The notes under the pieces are model-generated. The model was given only the letters and a program-made list of their open reading frames with translations, searched no databases and was not told the DNA's origin. A stretch of 64,000 nucleotides of DNA from Octopus bimaculoides (taxonomy: Eukaryota): positions 145,129,834-145,193,833 of the forward strand of contig NC_068981.1 of assembly GCF_001194135.2 (NCBI RefSeq), in the 5' to 3' direction. Each line of letters opens with the position of its first letter. Position 1 is the stretch's first letter. Shown piece after piece: positions 12,933 to 27,236 of this stretch. Made by a program: the position numbers and the translations under genes.

Positions 12933-14134
12933 CATGCAGTTAGCGTCCATCAATTTCCATTCACAAGGTCACAAGGTGCTGATATTTCCATGACTTCGAT
13001 ATGAGGCGATTTCTCATGATATTGCGCAATGAGATCGAACCCAGAGCTATGTGGGTTCTAAGCCAACCGCCTAATAACGAAGCTATAGCTATACCCATTA
13101 CCTGTTTTACCATTTCAAACTTTCGATGAAGGAAATACTACTTAGTACATAAACTACCATCCTGCAGGTTAAAAACCTTTCGTGTGTGCTTGCGTATTAA
13201 TTTGATAATTTTATACCACTCCTTATGGAAGAAAAATAAGGAACATCATCGAAGTAAATAATAATATAAATAAGATTAAAGAAAACTGCCAATTGCTGTA
13301 TAGCAAAAAAGGACATCACCTTCGATTTATCATCAATAATTATGATTTGAAGGCTTACCTGAACATTTTAATGGTTGCCTTTCAAGTCATAATTGCATCT
13401 TACAACTTTTATTGATGACATGCTGCCATTAATTTAAAATTACCGACTACCATACTAAATATATATTCGAGAAAACATTCAAAATTCCAACTTTGTTCTA
13501 CCAACCAGCCACAAATGAGAAAAGCATAGCTGTCACGTTTCAACCATTTCATCTGCTATAAAATTTCCTTTCCCAATTTTTGTAGCAGAATTGAAATAAA
13601 AATTTACTGATAAAGCATATCATCAATTCTGTTTTGTTTATTTTATTCACCTATTTTTATGGTTTGTCTTTTCTCAAAATCAGTGAATATTTCTAGTATG
13701 CATACCTATCTATAAATGAAAAATAAAGTTAATATTTCATAATTCTGAATCAACTTTCGTTTATATTAGTGTTCTGTTATGTACCACCACACTACTTTCT
13801 GTGCATATGAGTAACCTTCTTGCAATCACTTCTAATACATATACGTGCCATTTCTGCAGATTATTCTTTCTTTGTGATCTTTTACATGCAGATGTCATCC
13901 ACATGCAACCTAGACAACTCACATCGAATATACACTAACGTCGTGAATAGACTATTGAAAGCATTTCCATTGGATCATGATAACCTAATCTCATTCAACA
14001 ACGCCCAGACATATCATCCAATATCGTTAAGAAACACATCTACAATCCTTATCATGAATATTATTCCATGGTGATCATAAGTCTATAAGATAGAAAAAGT
14101 TGTGTATCAAAAGTCAAGTGAAAACCAGAAAACA

Positions 14135-16224
14135 CAGATCTTACAGGATCTTTGCATTATCATTTTCGATGATGCCTTCGGGTTTGTGGTCGTACCAAAT
14201 TTTTGCTACGCCAAGTCCATACTTGTTGCAAAGTGTCCAATGTACAAACCTTGCTATATTGTCGTAGCGTCTCTTATATTCCTTTTGGGCTAGTGGCGTA
14301 CATTGGCTGGTAATATGCCACACGGTTTCACCATTATGTCCACAGATTCTGCACTTATCACTTTCTGATTTGTTGTCTGCTCTATATTTTATGTAGTTTG
14401 TTCTTAAGTGCTCGCTCTTGAGCAGCACAGATTAGAGACTCTGTTTCCGGTTTTAAATCACTTTTAGTTATCCACAGCCATCTTTTTTCTCTGTCTTTCT
14501 TATCTTCAACATCCCTATGAAATTGTCCATACATTCTTTTGTTTGCCCATCTTTTTTCTGTTTCATTCGTTTTCAATTGCTTTTACAGTAATTTATCTTT
14601 GCAATCTTTCATCCTACACAAGCCTGACCTTCTTACTTCTAATAATAGCGGTTCTGTGGCATTTTTACATACCATACTATGTTGTTTTCTTCTGCTCTAA
14701 TGATGTGTTCGCATCCAATCAGTCTTCTTCCACCTCTTTTTCTTGGAAAATACAGTCTATCTGTGTCACGTTTTTGGTGGAGTGACCCATATCTAGTTAG
14801 CAACCTCCTTGTCTTTCAGTTTAGTTCGTCTACTGTGCATGCGATTACTCCTGCTCCATATCTAAGGAGTGAAACCGCCCAGGTATTGATAGCTTCAATC
14901 TTATTCCATCCGTATAATTTCGACTTAAGGATCAGTCTCAGTCTGCGCAAGTACTCCACCTTGAATTTTTCTGTCATTTCTTTCTCCATCAATTTCTCCA
15001 TTTCTAAAATCCCCAAGTACTTATAGCCCGTCTCTTTTATCTGCTTCATAACCTCCTCTGGCGGTATCGCTAGCTCATCCATACATTTCATTTTGCCTCT
15101 TTTCAAGACTAACACACTACACTTTCTCAGTCCGAACTCCATTCTGATATCAGCACTGAAAGTATATACCGTATCAACGAGGGAACTGACTTGGGCTTCA
15201 TCTTTACCATAAAGTTTGAGATCATCTATGAATAATAAATGACTTTTTGTTAGCGGCTTTTGAATACATACCCAGCTTTTGCTTACCTCAGTATCAGTGT
15301 TAGTGGTATCAAGCACGGTACAAAGATCAGTGGGGACAGGCAGTCCCCTTGGAAGATGCCCCTCCTGATTTCTACTGTCCCTAAACTTCTTCCGTATGCT
15401 GTCAGGTCCGTCCTCCAATTCGCCATACTTTTTCCGAACAATCGCTCAACATTCGATGCAATATCAAATAGGTTCATACATTTCATTATCCAAGAGTGTG
15501 GGATTATATCATACGCCTTACGATAGTCGATCCATGACATGGCTAAGTTAGTTTTCCTCCTCTTGCACTCTCTAAGTACAGTTTTGTCTATCAGGAGTTG
15601 ATCCTTGGTACCTCTGTACTTACGCTTACAACCCTTCTGCTCATATGGCAGGACTCCATTTTTTTCCAAATGTTCGTACATTGACTCTGCGAGTATTCCA
15701 GTCAATAATTTCCACATAAATAGCAGACAGGGTATCGGCCTGTAATTGTCTACCATATTGCCTTTTTCCATGTTTTTCAAGCACAGCACTGTCCTACCCA
15801 ATGTCAACCACTCTAGTGTTACTTGGTCGGCATTTAACAAGGTGTTGAGTTGCGCAGCTATTAGTGCATGACATTCACCAAATCTTTAGATCCAGTAGTC
15901 TTCAACTCCATCTGGTCCCGGGGCCTTATAATTGCTCATCTTTTCACTGATTTCCTTCACTTCTCTAACTGAAATGACCTAGTTCTGCCTGTTTTGGACA
16001 GACTACTGTTTGTTTCAGTTCTTACAACCATTCAGCATCCTTCTTGTGCACCTTGTCTTTGCTCCAGATGTCACTCCACAACCGTTGACTTTCATTGTTA
16101 TCTGGTATCAACTTTTCATTTGTACACTCTCCATTTATTTCTTTATAGAATCTCTTCTGATCTACTCTGAATAAACTATTCTCGTGGTAACCCTTCATTC
16201 TTTGGTCTTATCTTACCATCTTTG

Positions 16225-16226
<2 letters not shown>
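14135..16226 (-). mobile_element. R4/Dong-clade non-LTR retrotransposon (RT plus CCHC), truncated at both ends, frameshifted
   Basis: [120 protein letters not shown]; 5' end abuts (TAA)n. Confidence 0.9.
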
Positions 16227-16286
<60 letters not shown>

Positions 16287-16290
<4 letters not shown>

Positions 16291-16630
16291 TAGTTTTATT
16301 TTTATAACGTGCTTTCACTTCACTACCGAGCGCAGCTCTGTGTGCCTTGGGTATGTACTGTGGTTTGCTGTGATGCGCTTATTATCATCATCATTTTTAT
16401 TATATATATTATTATTATTCAGTAGTTTTATTTTTATAACGTACTTTCACTTCACTACCGAGCGCAGCTCTGTGCGCCTTGGGTATGTGCTGTGGTTTGC
16501 TGTGGTGCTCTTATGTTTACTGTATTGAAAGTGTTTTGCGTAGAATGTGTGCAGTACCCAGTAGTGCAATTTTCTGTATGTTATATATATTTGTAAGTCC
16601 TGGTGTTTTTGTTATGTATTTGTCTGAATA

Positions 16631-16632
<2 letters not shown>
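16287..16632 (-). mobile_element. Two stacked 3' ends of a second R4/Dong-like REL LINE family (16287-16377, 16419-16632) within (TAA)n
   Basis: KKYSDKYITKTPGLTNIYNIQKIALLGTAHILRKTLSIQ* plus 3' UTR; both copies end at the identical ..AAACTACTG|AATAAT junction. Confidence 0.8.
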
Positions 16633-16693
<61 letters not shown>

Positions 16694-17687
16694 CATTATT
16701 ATTATTATTGCCTTCATCATTCTTATTTTATTATATGTATATTGTTTGAGAGCTTCTTCAAGATCTCTCAATCTTATATTAAAAATGAAGTAAATACATG
16801 CATAAAAACATATGTTTCTAGTTGAGAAAAGAGGTTTTGGAAATTTTCGAACATTTAAAAATCATTGTATCCTTATTTCTACACTTTCGAGGTAATCTAT
16901 CAATGTCTCTTCAGGAGTAGTTGCATATATATCTCAACCAGTTCAAATGAAATTATAGATTTCTTCAATGTCATAATGTGTTTATGCATTGCCTAAATCA
17001 AGGTAATTCTGTTTTTGTTCGTTTTTTTTTTCGTTTTTTTTTCACCTTACTGAAAAATTATTAACTTTCTGTTTTGTTATTCTGATAAGCCCACCCACAC
17101 ACTCCTCCAAATTTTTACTCCAGAAATGTTACTATATTCTTTCCCTTTATAAATATGCGCAGATTTGTCTGCTTTTGGTATATCCAACGTTTCGATTAAT
17201 GTTTGTTTTTGTTGGTCTCTATAGATTTAAGCGTACTTTACGTAATGTAGGTGCACTGTTAAACAGAACTCTTTTATCAAGAGTTATCATTATATATTTG
17301 TCAGTATGCCGATCATTTATAGCAAACCTATAATTTTGTGAATGCTTCTATTTGTAATCTCCAAATCCTTTATACCGGGATCATTTCTTGAGTTCATTCT
17401 TATTTTCGTTTATTTATTTGTATCATCTTGATATTTTCTTCTTTTGCGATGCGAATATCAATTTTTTCCTCATCGCCATCATTGTCATTATTATCCTCTA
17501 CATCAACTTCATCAACCTCGTCACCCTCATCATCATCATCATCTGTAGTAGCAGCAGCAGCCATCTTATATTTTGGTGTGGAGATCTGTACAGTAGACAG
17601 AATTACCTAATATGTTCTTTTATAAAGACAGGAAGATATGGTCTTAGATAGAATTTGACTGATATTTTATGCGATCAGGTAAATGCT

Positions 17688-17688
<1 letters not shown>

Positions 17689-17763
<75 letters not shown>

Positions 17764-17768
17764 TAGTG
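17689..17768. repeat. (GTA)n microsatellite
   Basis: Direct reading. Confidence 0.95.
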
Positions 17769-19709
17769 ATTTTTCAATTTTCTGATTTTCCTGATAACAA
17801 CATGAAGTTCTTGCAATGTTCGATAAGAACATGGAAGACACAAACTAAAACTTTCAATAATCTTCCATTTCATTTTTTAAAACGATTTCTCGTGTTCTAG
17901 TTTATCAACTAAAACGATTAGATTTTTTTCTCTGTTAGTTGTTTATTTTTAATGTTAGACTATCTTTTACATCGAAGTAAAGGATTATAGCAAGGGAAAA
18001 AAAGCAAAAAAAAAATTAATTACTTTTCCATAATCTTATGAATATGTTGTATCTGGTATCAAAAAGTTCACGAGAACAAGTCACCTCGAACAAATCATTG
18101 CGGATATTTCTCCGCAACTACAACTCACTTCCAAACAATCACTACTTACACAGTTCATTGGCTATTAAATATTGGATTTTTCTATATATTGTATTATTAA
18201 ATATCTGGGTATATCAGTGTGTGTACTAGCTTAATGCAACTTCTCCACAGAAACCGTTTGGCCGATAAATTACATTTTACAATAAAACTATATCATTACC
18301 AGAATCATCATTACTATCATTATCATCTACAACCGCTACATTTTGCTGTGTAGGTAGTTCTTCTTAGCTCTCTGTGGATTCAATTGTCAATTCAATTTCC
18401 TATCTTTTCTGATATCACTGGTGTTTTCGCTTTTTTTTCTGATTGGAATGGTCTCCCATAGCCCTCTCACAACGCAGTGATGCCTATCTCGTGAGAGTAA
18501 AAGTAAAAAAATCGATTCTTGTATTTGACTGGTACTTTATTTAACGGCTACAAAATTCTGAAAACGTTTAACTTCAATGGAATATGAATGAATGGACCAG
18601 GAACAAACACCACTGGGAATTTTATCCAATACTCTAAACACTCTATCAATTCGTTATCTATAACAACCATGTAAATGATAAATATTATAAATACTAATGA
18701 AACAGTGTTTATTTATATTAAGTACGTTTGTGTACACGCGAAAGTGTAAAGACCTTCGCTGCAAACTGTACAGGAGAGAAATTCTCTCAATAGAATAAGA
18801 GTGTGAAAACACTACCAGGTCAACTGACTGTAAGACACGTATTTGTGTGCATTGATATACTTCGTCGACTATAGACACCGAATCCCTTCTCCATAGCACA
18901 GCAAGAATTGCTGTTTTATATTTAAACAGCAAATAACAAATTTGCTGATGTGTGCAAAGCTTTGTCAAGTTGGAATTAATCCAATTAACGGAAACATTAA
19001 GTAGTGATTATTAAAATAATACTATGTTCAGTAGTATTTAGTACCTTCACTGTGGAAACTGTCTCGGGAGGGAATTTCTCCAATGCATATGAAGAAAGCC
19101 TCTAGCATATCGAAGCAGAAATACATGTCCTACATCATTCACAGCCCAGACTACTGTGTTTTCATTTGCATTGTCTATAAGAACTTCATAGAAACAGTTT
19201 TCGTAGCATCGTCTTTCTACGTTTGCATATATACAAACATGTTAAATATAGGCGAACACAGCAATCATCGCTGCTTAGTGTGTATTTAATTAACTAATAT
19301 AAATACTGATTTCTAACAGAGATTACAGCATTTATATTACTTAAGTCGGTACTTACATTATAACCTTCGGAATGAGAAAAATATGAGTTTGAATATTTTT
19401 GTGTATTAATATTATTGTTAAATTTTCTTATGTAGCTTTGTTCCCTACAAACATTTACTTCTCTAAAGAAAAATGCACCGTTATGCAAAATAGTTCCAGC
19501 AGCCAAAGGTCACACTGTAGAAATTTTTGTCTTCACAGCGATGAGAAATAACAATAGAGAAGTGACTTCGCCTAGATGAGTAAGATTTTGAAAAGTTAAT
19601 CGATCACCAAATTCAACTAGAGTGGCGATGGCGTAACTGGCCAAAACTTCGTAGTCACTGTCAAAAATGTTCTTGTTTAAGAACAAGCACACGTGTGGGC
19701 GTGCGTGTG

Positions 19710-19780
<71 letters not shown>

Positions 19781-20074
19781 GTGTGTGTGTGTGTGTGTGC
19801 GTGTGTGCGTGTGTCTGTATGCATATACACAAAGAATTTAATGGAAGAAAATTAAAAACATTGCCAAACATCTTTGGCGACGAAAAATATTAGTAATTTA
19901 ACTAAAATGTTATATAAACTTTGAATATGGAAAGGAAAATGTCACGAAAAGTACCCGAAATTAAAGAAAAAGAATAAGTCAACGACAATGAAATTTTACA
20001 GTAAACTCATATTTTGTAAAAGGCTGCAATTTTCTTACCGCACCGTAACTCTAACTTAACCCTGACTCATTTTA

Positions 20075-20250
20075 AAGCTGTGAGCATCTGCGAGAAAGAT
20101 ATGAGCAGGAAAAGAATTCTGGGGGTGTTTAGGGTCGAGCTAGGAGTAATGATTAGTGCGGGATCTTGGGAATGGGTGATGGACATAGAAATAAGTGGGA
20201 CTGGAATGCATGAGAAGCATGATTCCGGCAAGCTTCGGGGAGCATAGGCC
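20075..20250 (-). mobile_element. Decayed L2/CR1-like LINE 3' fragment
   Basis: GLCSPKLA..HPFPRSRTNHY..NSFPAHIF resembles L2-type C-termini. Confidence 0.3.
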
Positions 20251-21020
20251 ATTACATTTGTACAATCAATAAAGCAAAATGAAGGGACATTGCACCTAAG
20301 GCTTAGAAAAAAAAACTAAACATTGCAATCATTTCTAACACGTACAGTCACAAACTTTAGCTGAATGAGTAGTCCATTAACACTATTCTGGAGGCAACTG
20401 TTTTTGAGACCACGCAATAATAAAGGCAAAATTGATTTCCGCAATATTTGAAATAAAACATTTAAAGGAATTTAATAAACGCAAGTCATTTAGCCTGCTG
20501 TCCTATCATTTTTACTACCCATCGTTCTCTGGTAGCTACCACCCAAAAACATGAATATGACGTAAATGTTTAACAATAAATCTGAAAGGAAAGTACGTGT
20601 TGCTGTGCATAACAGCCTTAAATGTTATCTCAGTTATAGATATCTTAGGATTAATTACATAAGCCATATAACAATAGTCAGAGTTAACCAGTGATTTTAT
20701 ACAAGTCTCTTCTTGTTTGTTTGTATAACACACGTTCGGAGGTGCCTTTACTTTGATTATTTCAAATTTTCCAGTGTGTACATTAAATTAAAATAAAACT
20801 CATATTATATACAGTGGATTGTATGCAGAAAACTTTTACCTGTGACTTATTTTGTTGAGAATGCGTGAAAGAACTACTACTACTACTGCTAATATCAAAA
20901 ATAAATAACAACTAGTTGGCTGACTTGAAACTCCAAGAACTAACCCCCAACATTTGGAATTTGTTAAGTGCTACAGTAGGAGTTAAATTATGACAATGTA
21001 AACTTTCGTTTAACTTCTAG

Positions 21021-21120
21021 TCTTGTTATTTTCTATAAATACAAAAGTCACAGAAGAATCTATGCATTAACTCTCTCAGGCCCGAGCCCCTGTGATGTAT
21101 TTTTCGGTATTTTTCAGCAT
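21021..21120 (+). CDS. Candidate exon (100 nt, phase 2 to 0)
   Basis: Acceptor AACTTTCGTTTAACTTCTAG, donor CAT|GTATGT, open frame LVIFYKYKSHRRIYALTLSGPSPCDVFFGIFQH. Confidence 0.25.
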
Positions 21121-22059
21121 GTATGTGAACGTCAGTTCACATACTTGAGCATGAACGTATGTGTGTGTAGAATTTCTAATTATCATCTTCTCAATTAAGA
21201 AATTGGAATTTCATTCATAGTTCTATTTTAGGCAAATGATTAGAAATTATGACAATCATACATTTCCCAAAGTTATTAGCAGGTTAAGTAAATCAATCGG
21301 TAATTGAGACCACATTGTTGTCTTGACTTTCCTAAGGCTTATCTCTTTACATTTATTCAGTTATGATTTATTTCTCACATGGACATCGGGTCACCAGTTT
21401 GGAAGGTGTTATATAGTCTATTATGTTAATCTAATTTCACATTATATCACCCGGCACCCACTCTCAGCCTGGAAGGACAAAATGTAATAATTAGCAAGTA
21501 AATTCAACAAATATCTTACATATGTTCTCTGATTTACTAATGAACTAAATTTGTAAAATTCCATTCAACTTAAGGTCATTCTGTGGGCATTCTATTTGTC
21601 CAGAAATACTATTGTCTAAACTTTCAACACTAAAGGTAATTGAATGTTATGAAATCTGTAATGAATGGTTACATGATTTACTTTAACATTTATTCATTGA
21701 TATCTACAATTAATCCTAAATATTTAAATATTCCATCATATTAGTCAATTTATCTTTCTTTTATTCTAATATAAATATTTCTTTAAATATTTACTCCCTA
21801 TTACTCCTCGCATTATGATTCTCAACGTCAGTTTGTTTTACCTTAAGAGTAATCTGTTGACCACAATTGTTACTCTGTGTTATAGAATCAAATGCCGACC
21901 GTAAAATGCTGCGGTAGTCCGCAAGAACGAATAACCGGGTGCATTTCTTTGAGTATCTCACACTGCATCCATCACTATAAACACAATTGGCGAGCGGATG
22001 AGAAAGCCTCTGTACCGTCCCTTTACCTTCCAGAAATAGCTTCTAATATCTCTAACATT

Positions 22060-23617
22060 ACACCCTAACAGAACATGATAACAACAGCGAAAATCGTATT
22101 GGTTAATGTATTTCTTGCTACGTTGTCGAAACAGATACGGCCAGCAAGGCTTTTAATCAGTTTTGATTTGGTGACTAAACAACAGCAAAACTGATACAGT
22201 AAATGAGACAAACCGTCTAAAGCTGTAATGTATGAATTTCTGTTGTTTATCACACTTTAAGCCGATGTTGTTCTCTATCTGCTGACAGCTAATTGTTACG
22301 TCTGAAATAACTGACATCTTTTTATCATGCTTCAGCTGTTCATCTGACTCTGCATTTCTTTTACAATAACTAATTTGTAAACCTTTCATGTTTTGTAACC
22401 AATAATCCGTTTACACGATTTTTTTTCTGTTGAACCATGCGACCTTTTATGAAATATTTTACCACACTTGTAGCATTTTATATTTTTAAACAGACAGTTG
22501 TTTTTAAAATGTAGACCGCTATACCCATAACATGCATTCGGTCTTAATATTTTTTCATTTTGCTTTTATTCGCTACCAGTCAACATGCTTGAATCTGAGA
22601 GCAATCTTGCTCTTCAATTTCATTTGCGTCATGTCATAGATTAATAATCCTCTGACAATCTTCTGCTACTGCCTGCAAAGTTAAACTTTGGTCCTGTTCT
22701 AATTTTGTTAATATCCGGAAACGTATATCTGCATCTTTGCTTGCAGTAAGCCCTTGAACAAATATTAAACACTTGAACATGTCCAGGGTCAACTCATTCA
22801 ATTTGAATTTCCACACTCTCTGTTAACCTCTCCGGCATAGGTAACAAAATCTTTATCATCTTTTCTGACCAAATTTAAACATTCCCAGCGTGTATTGAAC
22901 AGGGAACTTCATCGAAACAAATCTCACTTGGATTCTTTGGCAGAACATAATTACTATATTTTTCGTGTTCGGCAGGGTATAAGTAGTCGTACGTTTTTCT
23001 CGTCGAACCAACTTTTATACTCTTCTTTGAAGATTTCTTCGTATCTCGTATCTACGACAATATGCAGAAAAGGTAATTCCTTTTTCTGGATTATAGCTGA
23101 ATTCATCAATTGAGTTTTCTACGCTGTCTGGCGAGTACGAACATGAAGTATTTTCAGGCTTCTTCAACATTAATTCCAGCAATTGTTGGTTTTGTTGTTG
23201 TTGCTGTTGTAGTTGCTGCTGCTGCTGCTGTAGTTGCTGTTGTAACTGTTGTTACTGCTGCTGTAGTTACTTTTGCAACTGCACCACGGAGGCCAATATC
23301 TTTTGCTTGTTAAAACGATTTATTCTTTGGTTTCGTACCAAAAAAATTTTAAACGTCCAACATAAGCTTCGAAAAACTCGTCACCACTTTTATATCCTTG
23401 CATTGGATATATAATATAACAAAGCAGGGGGAAGAAAGTTATATACACCACGCACTACTACTATTACACAAGACTCAACACTCTATATCAAAGGCTCACA
23501 GTGAACTGCTACCAACACAAACAACTGACAACTCGACAGTCTTTGTTTTATAAAAGTGAGAGTTCACCTTTAGTCACTTGGGGATGGTCGGAATCCTTCC
23601 ACAACACTATGATAACA
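22060..23617 (-). mobile_element. Ty3/Gypsy (Mag/K02A2.6-like) remnant: 5' LTR, PBS and decayed gag/protease
   Basis: Putative LTR from TGTTATC (23617) to about 23390; PBS-like TGGTGACGAG at 23386-23377; poly-Q gag start, IDEFSYNPEKGITFSAY, FKCLIFVQGL..DADIRFRILTKLEQD..LTLQAVAEDCQRIINL, zinc-knuckle remnant CYKCGK. Confidence 0.75.
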
Positions 23618-24253
23618 TGAAAGACTGTTGGTCACGTTTTTTTTTTTTTTGAGCAATAAATATATTTCCCAAATTAACTGAAAGTGGTGCGCTAGTATAG
23701 TCTTAGCTTTCAGAGCTAAAAATACAAATTAATAACGAACGAAAACGGACAGGAAAACTGAAATTGCCGCGAAAATTGAATTCTCTGAAATGATAGCTTT
23801 TGTTGTTTAACCTCCAGGTTAGCTAACTCTGTTCAACAGGTCTATGTTCAAAAGTGTTTGATGCTGATCAATGCTGGCTTTTCGTATATCTAGGATTTTG
23901 TTGTCTAATGAGCTTTTCCTTTCCAAAACTAAGGTTTACACTTTGAGAGAATTAAGCTAGTATTTCTAGCAGATGAGCGAGCAGGGAAGAGGCTCCTCAT
24001 CTTCTTTTGTATGATAGAGTAACTTTCTTCTTTCCATCTGTCTCCCTTTTACACGCTACATCTTCAACTGTTCTTTCTTCTCCATTTTTATTTTTAGCTG
24101 CCTTTCTCCGCTTTTGCTTCTTTCTCCGCACCCACTTTTCTCTCTCCCATTGCTTAATATATTCTATTTCTAGTTGATTCTCTACACACTTCACTCCATG
24201 TCAGTCGTCTCTCTTAATCTGTGCGTACGTGCAGGTAAAGGAATATATATATA

Positions 24254-25081
24254 NNNNNNNNNNNNNNNNNNNNNNNNNNNNNNNNNNNNNNNNNNNNNNN
24301 NNNNNNNNNNNNNNNNNNNNNNNNNNNNNNNNNNNNNNNNNNNNNNNNNNNNNNNNNNNNNNNNNNNNNNNNNNNNNNNNNNNNNNNNNNNNNNNNNNNN
24401 NNNNNNNNNNNNNNNNNNNNNNNNNNNNNNNNNNNNNNNNNNNNNNNNNNNNNNNNNNNNNNNNNNNNNNNNNNNNNNNNNNNNNNNNNNNNNNNNNNNN
24501 NNNNNNNNNNNNNNNNNNNNNNNNNNNNNNNNNNNNNNNNNNNNNNNNNNNNNNNNNNNNNNNNNNNNNNNNNNNNNNNNNNNNNNNNNNNNNNNNNNNN
24601 NNNNNNNNNNNNNNNNNNNNNNNNNNNNNNNNNNNNNNNNNNNNNNNNNNNNNNNNNNNNNNNNNNNNNNNNNNNNNNNNNNNNNNNNNNNNNNNNNNNN
24701 NNNNNNNNNNNNNNNNNNNNNNNNNNNNNNNNNNNNNNNNNNNNNNNNNNNNNNNNNNNNNNNNNNNNNNNNNNNNNNNNNNNNNNNNNNNNNNNNNNNN
24801 NNNNNNNNNNNNNNNNNNNNNNNNNNNNNNNNNNNNNNNNNNNNNNNNNNNNNNNNNNNNNNNNNNNNNNNNNNNNNNNNNNNNNNNNNNNNNNNNNNNN
24901 NNNNNNNNNNNNNNNNNNNNNNNNNNNNNNNNNNNNNNNNNNNNNNNNNNNNNNNNNNNNNNNNNNNNNNNNNNNNNNNNNNNNNNNNNNNNNNNNNNNN
25001 NNNNNNNNNNNNNNNNNNNNNNNNNNNNNNNNNNNNNNNNNNNNNNNNNNNNNNNNNNNNNNNNNNNNNNNNNNNNNNNNN
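24254..25081. other. Largest of about 20 assembly gaps (others at 4960, 28453, 31809, 43997, 45951 etc.), mostly beside microsatellites
   Basis: N runs; every X-filled ORF in the track comes from these. Confidence 0.99.
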
Positions 25082-25906
25082 TTAGACGTAACGTATACGA
25101 TAATTTCTAACCACTTGAGATTGGAAAACCAAAAATACTTGAAAATGGGTGCCGCATGAATTGAACGACAACAACAAAAAAACGCCGTTTTGAAGTGTCG
25201 TCTTCCCTTCTTTTTCGCAACAAGAACGACCCGTTTCTCGACCGGATTATGACTTGCGATGAAAAGTGGATTCTTTACGACATCCGGCGACGCTCAGCTC
25301 AGTGGTTGGACGCCGACGAAGCTCTACGGCACTTCCCGAAGCCAAAGTTGCACCAAAAGAAGGTCATAGTGACTGTTTGGTGGTCTGCGGCCGGTCTCAT
25401 CCATCACATCTTTTTGGATCCAGGCGAAACCATTATGGCGAAGATGTACTATCAGCAAATGGATGAAGTGCATAAGAAACTCCGACAGCAACAGCCAGCA
25501 TTGATCAATAGAAAAGGAACAATTCTTCTCCACGACAACGCTCGGCCGCACGTCGCACAACTAACCCTGCAGAAGTTGAACGAACTGGGCTACGAAACTC
25601 TGCCTCATCCGCCATATTCACCAGACCTCTCGCCTACCGACTACCACTTTTTCAAACTTCTCGACAACTTCCTGCGTGAGAAATGCTTCAAAAAACAAGA
25701 CGATGCCAAACACGCCTTCAACGACTTCATCGCCACCAGAACGCAGGATTTTTACGCTACTGGCACAAATAAACTTGTTTCGCGTTGGCAAAATGGTGTT
25801 GATTCTGATGGTGTTTATTTTGATTGAGAAATTTTTGTTTGAGTCGAGATATGTGTATATGAATTTAAAGATTAAAAACCGCAAGATCTTTCTTGATAAC
25901 CGAATA
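25081..25906 (+). mobile_element. mariner (DD34D, Hsmar1/cecropia-like) element, 3' part; 5' end lies in the N gap
   Basis: [36 protein letters not shown] with 34 residues between the 2nd and 3rd D; right TIR AAAAACCGCAAGATCTTTCTTGATAACCGAATA. Confidence 0.92.
25195..25827 (+). CDS. mariner transposase catalytic domain (210-aa open stretch; frameshifted upstream)
   Basis: ORF track; all three catalytic D residues present. Confidence 0.85.
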   Translation: MSSSLLFRNKNDPFLDRIMTCDEKWILYDIRRRSAQWLDADEALRHFPKPKLHQKKVIVTVWWSAAGLIHHIFLDPGETIMAKMYYQQMDEVHKKLRQQQPALINRKGTILLHDNARPHVAQLTLQKLNELGYETLPHPPYSPDLSPTDYHFFKLLDNFLREKCFKKQDDAKHAFNDFIATRTQDFYATGTNKLVSRWQNGVDSDGVYFD

Positions 25907-27156
25907 AAAGCGAGTATTTTACACATCAACATGGCAAAAACTTCTGTTTCCATAGTAACCAAAGATGCTGCGCATGCGCACAAGGAGGAGAGGAAGATAC
26001 AAGAAAGATAATCTACTATAATAATACTCTTGTGTTTTTCTCCATCGCAACATATGAATGAGAGCTGTTTTGACTGTTATTTCTAGCAACTCCTATCGGT
26101 TTGTTTGTTCCTAGCTTTTAATTATTTAATTTTCTCGTGAATGTTTAATGTTAACTTCATTCGTGTATGCTTTAACGTTTTGACTTATTATTTCTAACAA
26201 TGTTTTGAAATGCCGATGCCCACTCTCCATGATGATGGAAGAGGCAGCGAACGCGCTCGTTTCTGATTGTCTGAAAAATCTGAAAATTATCAAACTTTGA
26301 ACACCTGTATCATTTTCACAAAATTTTTCTGGAATAAATGAATAACAAATTCGGATTCACCATCTAAGATTACATCTATATGATACATTAAAACATGTTT
26401 TAAAAAATAATTGTAAATAGGACGAAAACCACTAAGATCCTTTCGAAAAAATAGATGAAAATGCATTGAGAATAGCTAAAATATTTTTTATTAATATATT
26501 TGAAGCCTTAACCGGTTTCACACTTCACACTGATTTTCAAAAATTTCAAATAGAAAGACGTTTATGTCGCAGCTGTCTTGGTTCTGACTAGTGTTTGAAT
26601 TTTGCCCTGTTTTTATAGGGAGTTCATGGCTCGAATTAGTATATGTTTTGAATAGGATTTGATTGGTAGAGGATGGTCATATGACTAGTCGTAGAAATGT
26701 TTGTAGGTTCCCCGCTACGTCCCTGTGTTAGTATCAAGTGATAATGTTTGGCGTCGTAAGTTAAGGCTGACACAGTTGACTGAACAAGTTCAAACAATCA
26801 ATGCTCAGAATGTGTTCTGTCTAGCATTTGTAAAGAATGAACATATGATTAAGGTACTAACCGTTTGTACGTTTCCCGCCACGTCCGTGCGTTAGTTTCC
26901 TGTGTCAGTATATTTTGTGCCTAAAAAGAAGGCCGACACGGTTGAGTGAACACGTTTAGTTATAATCAAGGCACACCAAATTTAATATGTCTGCTGGGAG
27001 AGTGTACAGGAGCCTTTTGTATGTAGTTCAATGGTTACATTTAGGTCGTTAGCTGAGTACCTTCCTCATAAGTGGAAGAATAAATTTTGTGTGTGAATAG
27101 TTATTTGTATATGTATTCTGTTAAAGTTTAAGTCTTGGTTTGTACTTTTGTATGAA

Positions 27157-27236
<80 letters not shown>

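Noticed and set aside
17400-17564. Acidic 54-aa minus-strand ORF (MAAAATTDDDDDEG..)
   Set aside because: Best explained as a decayed (GAT)n trinucleotide tract; no splice or homology support.
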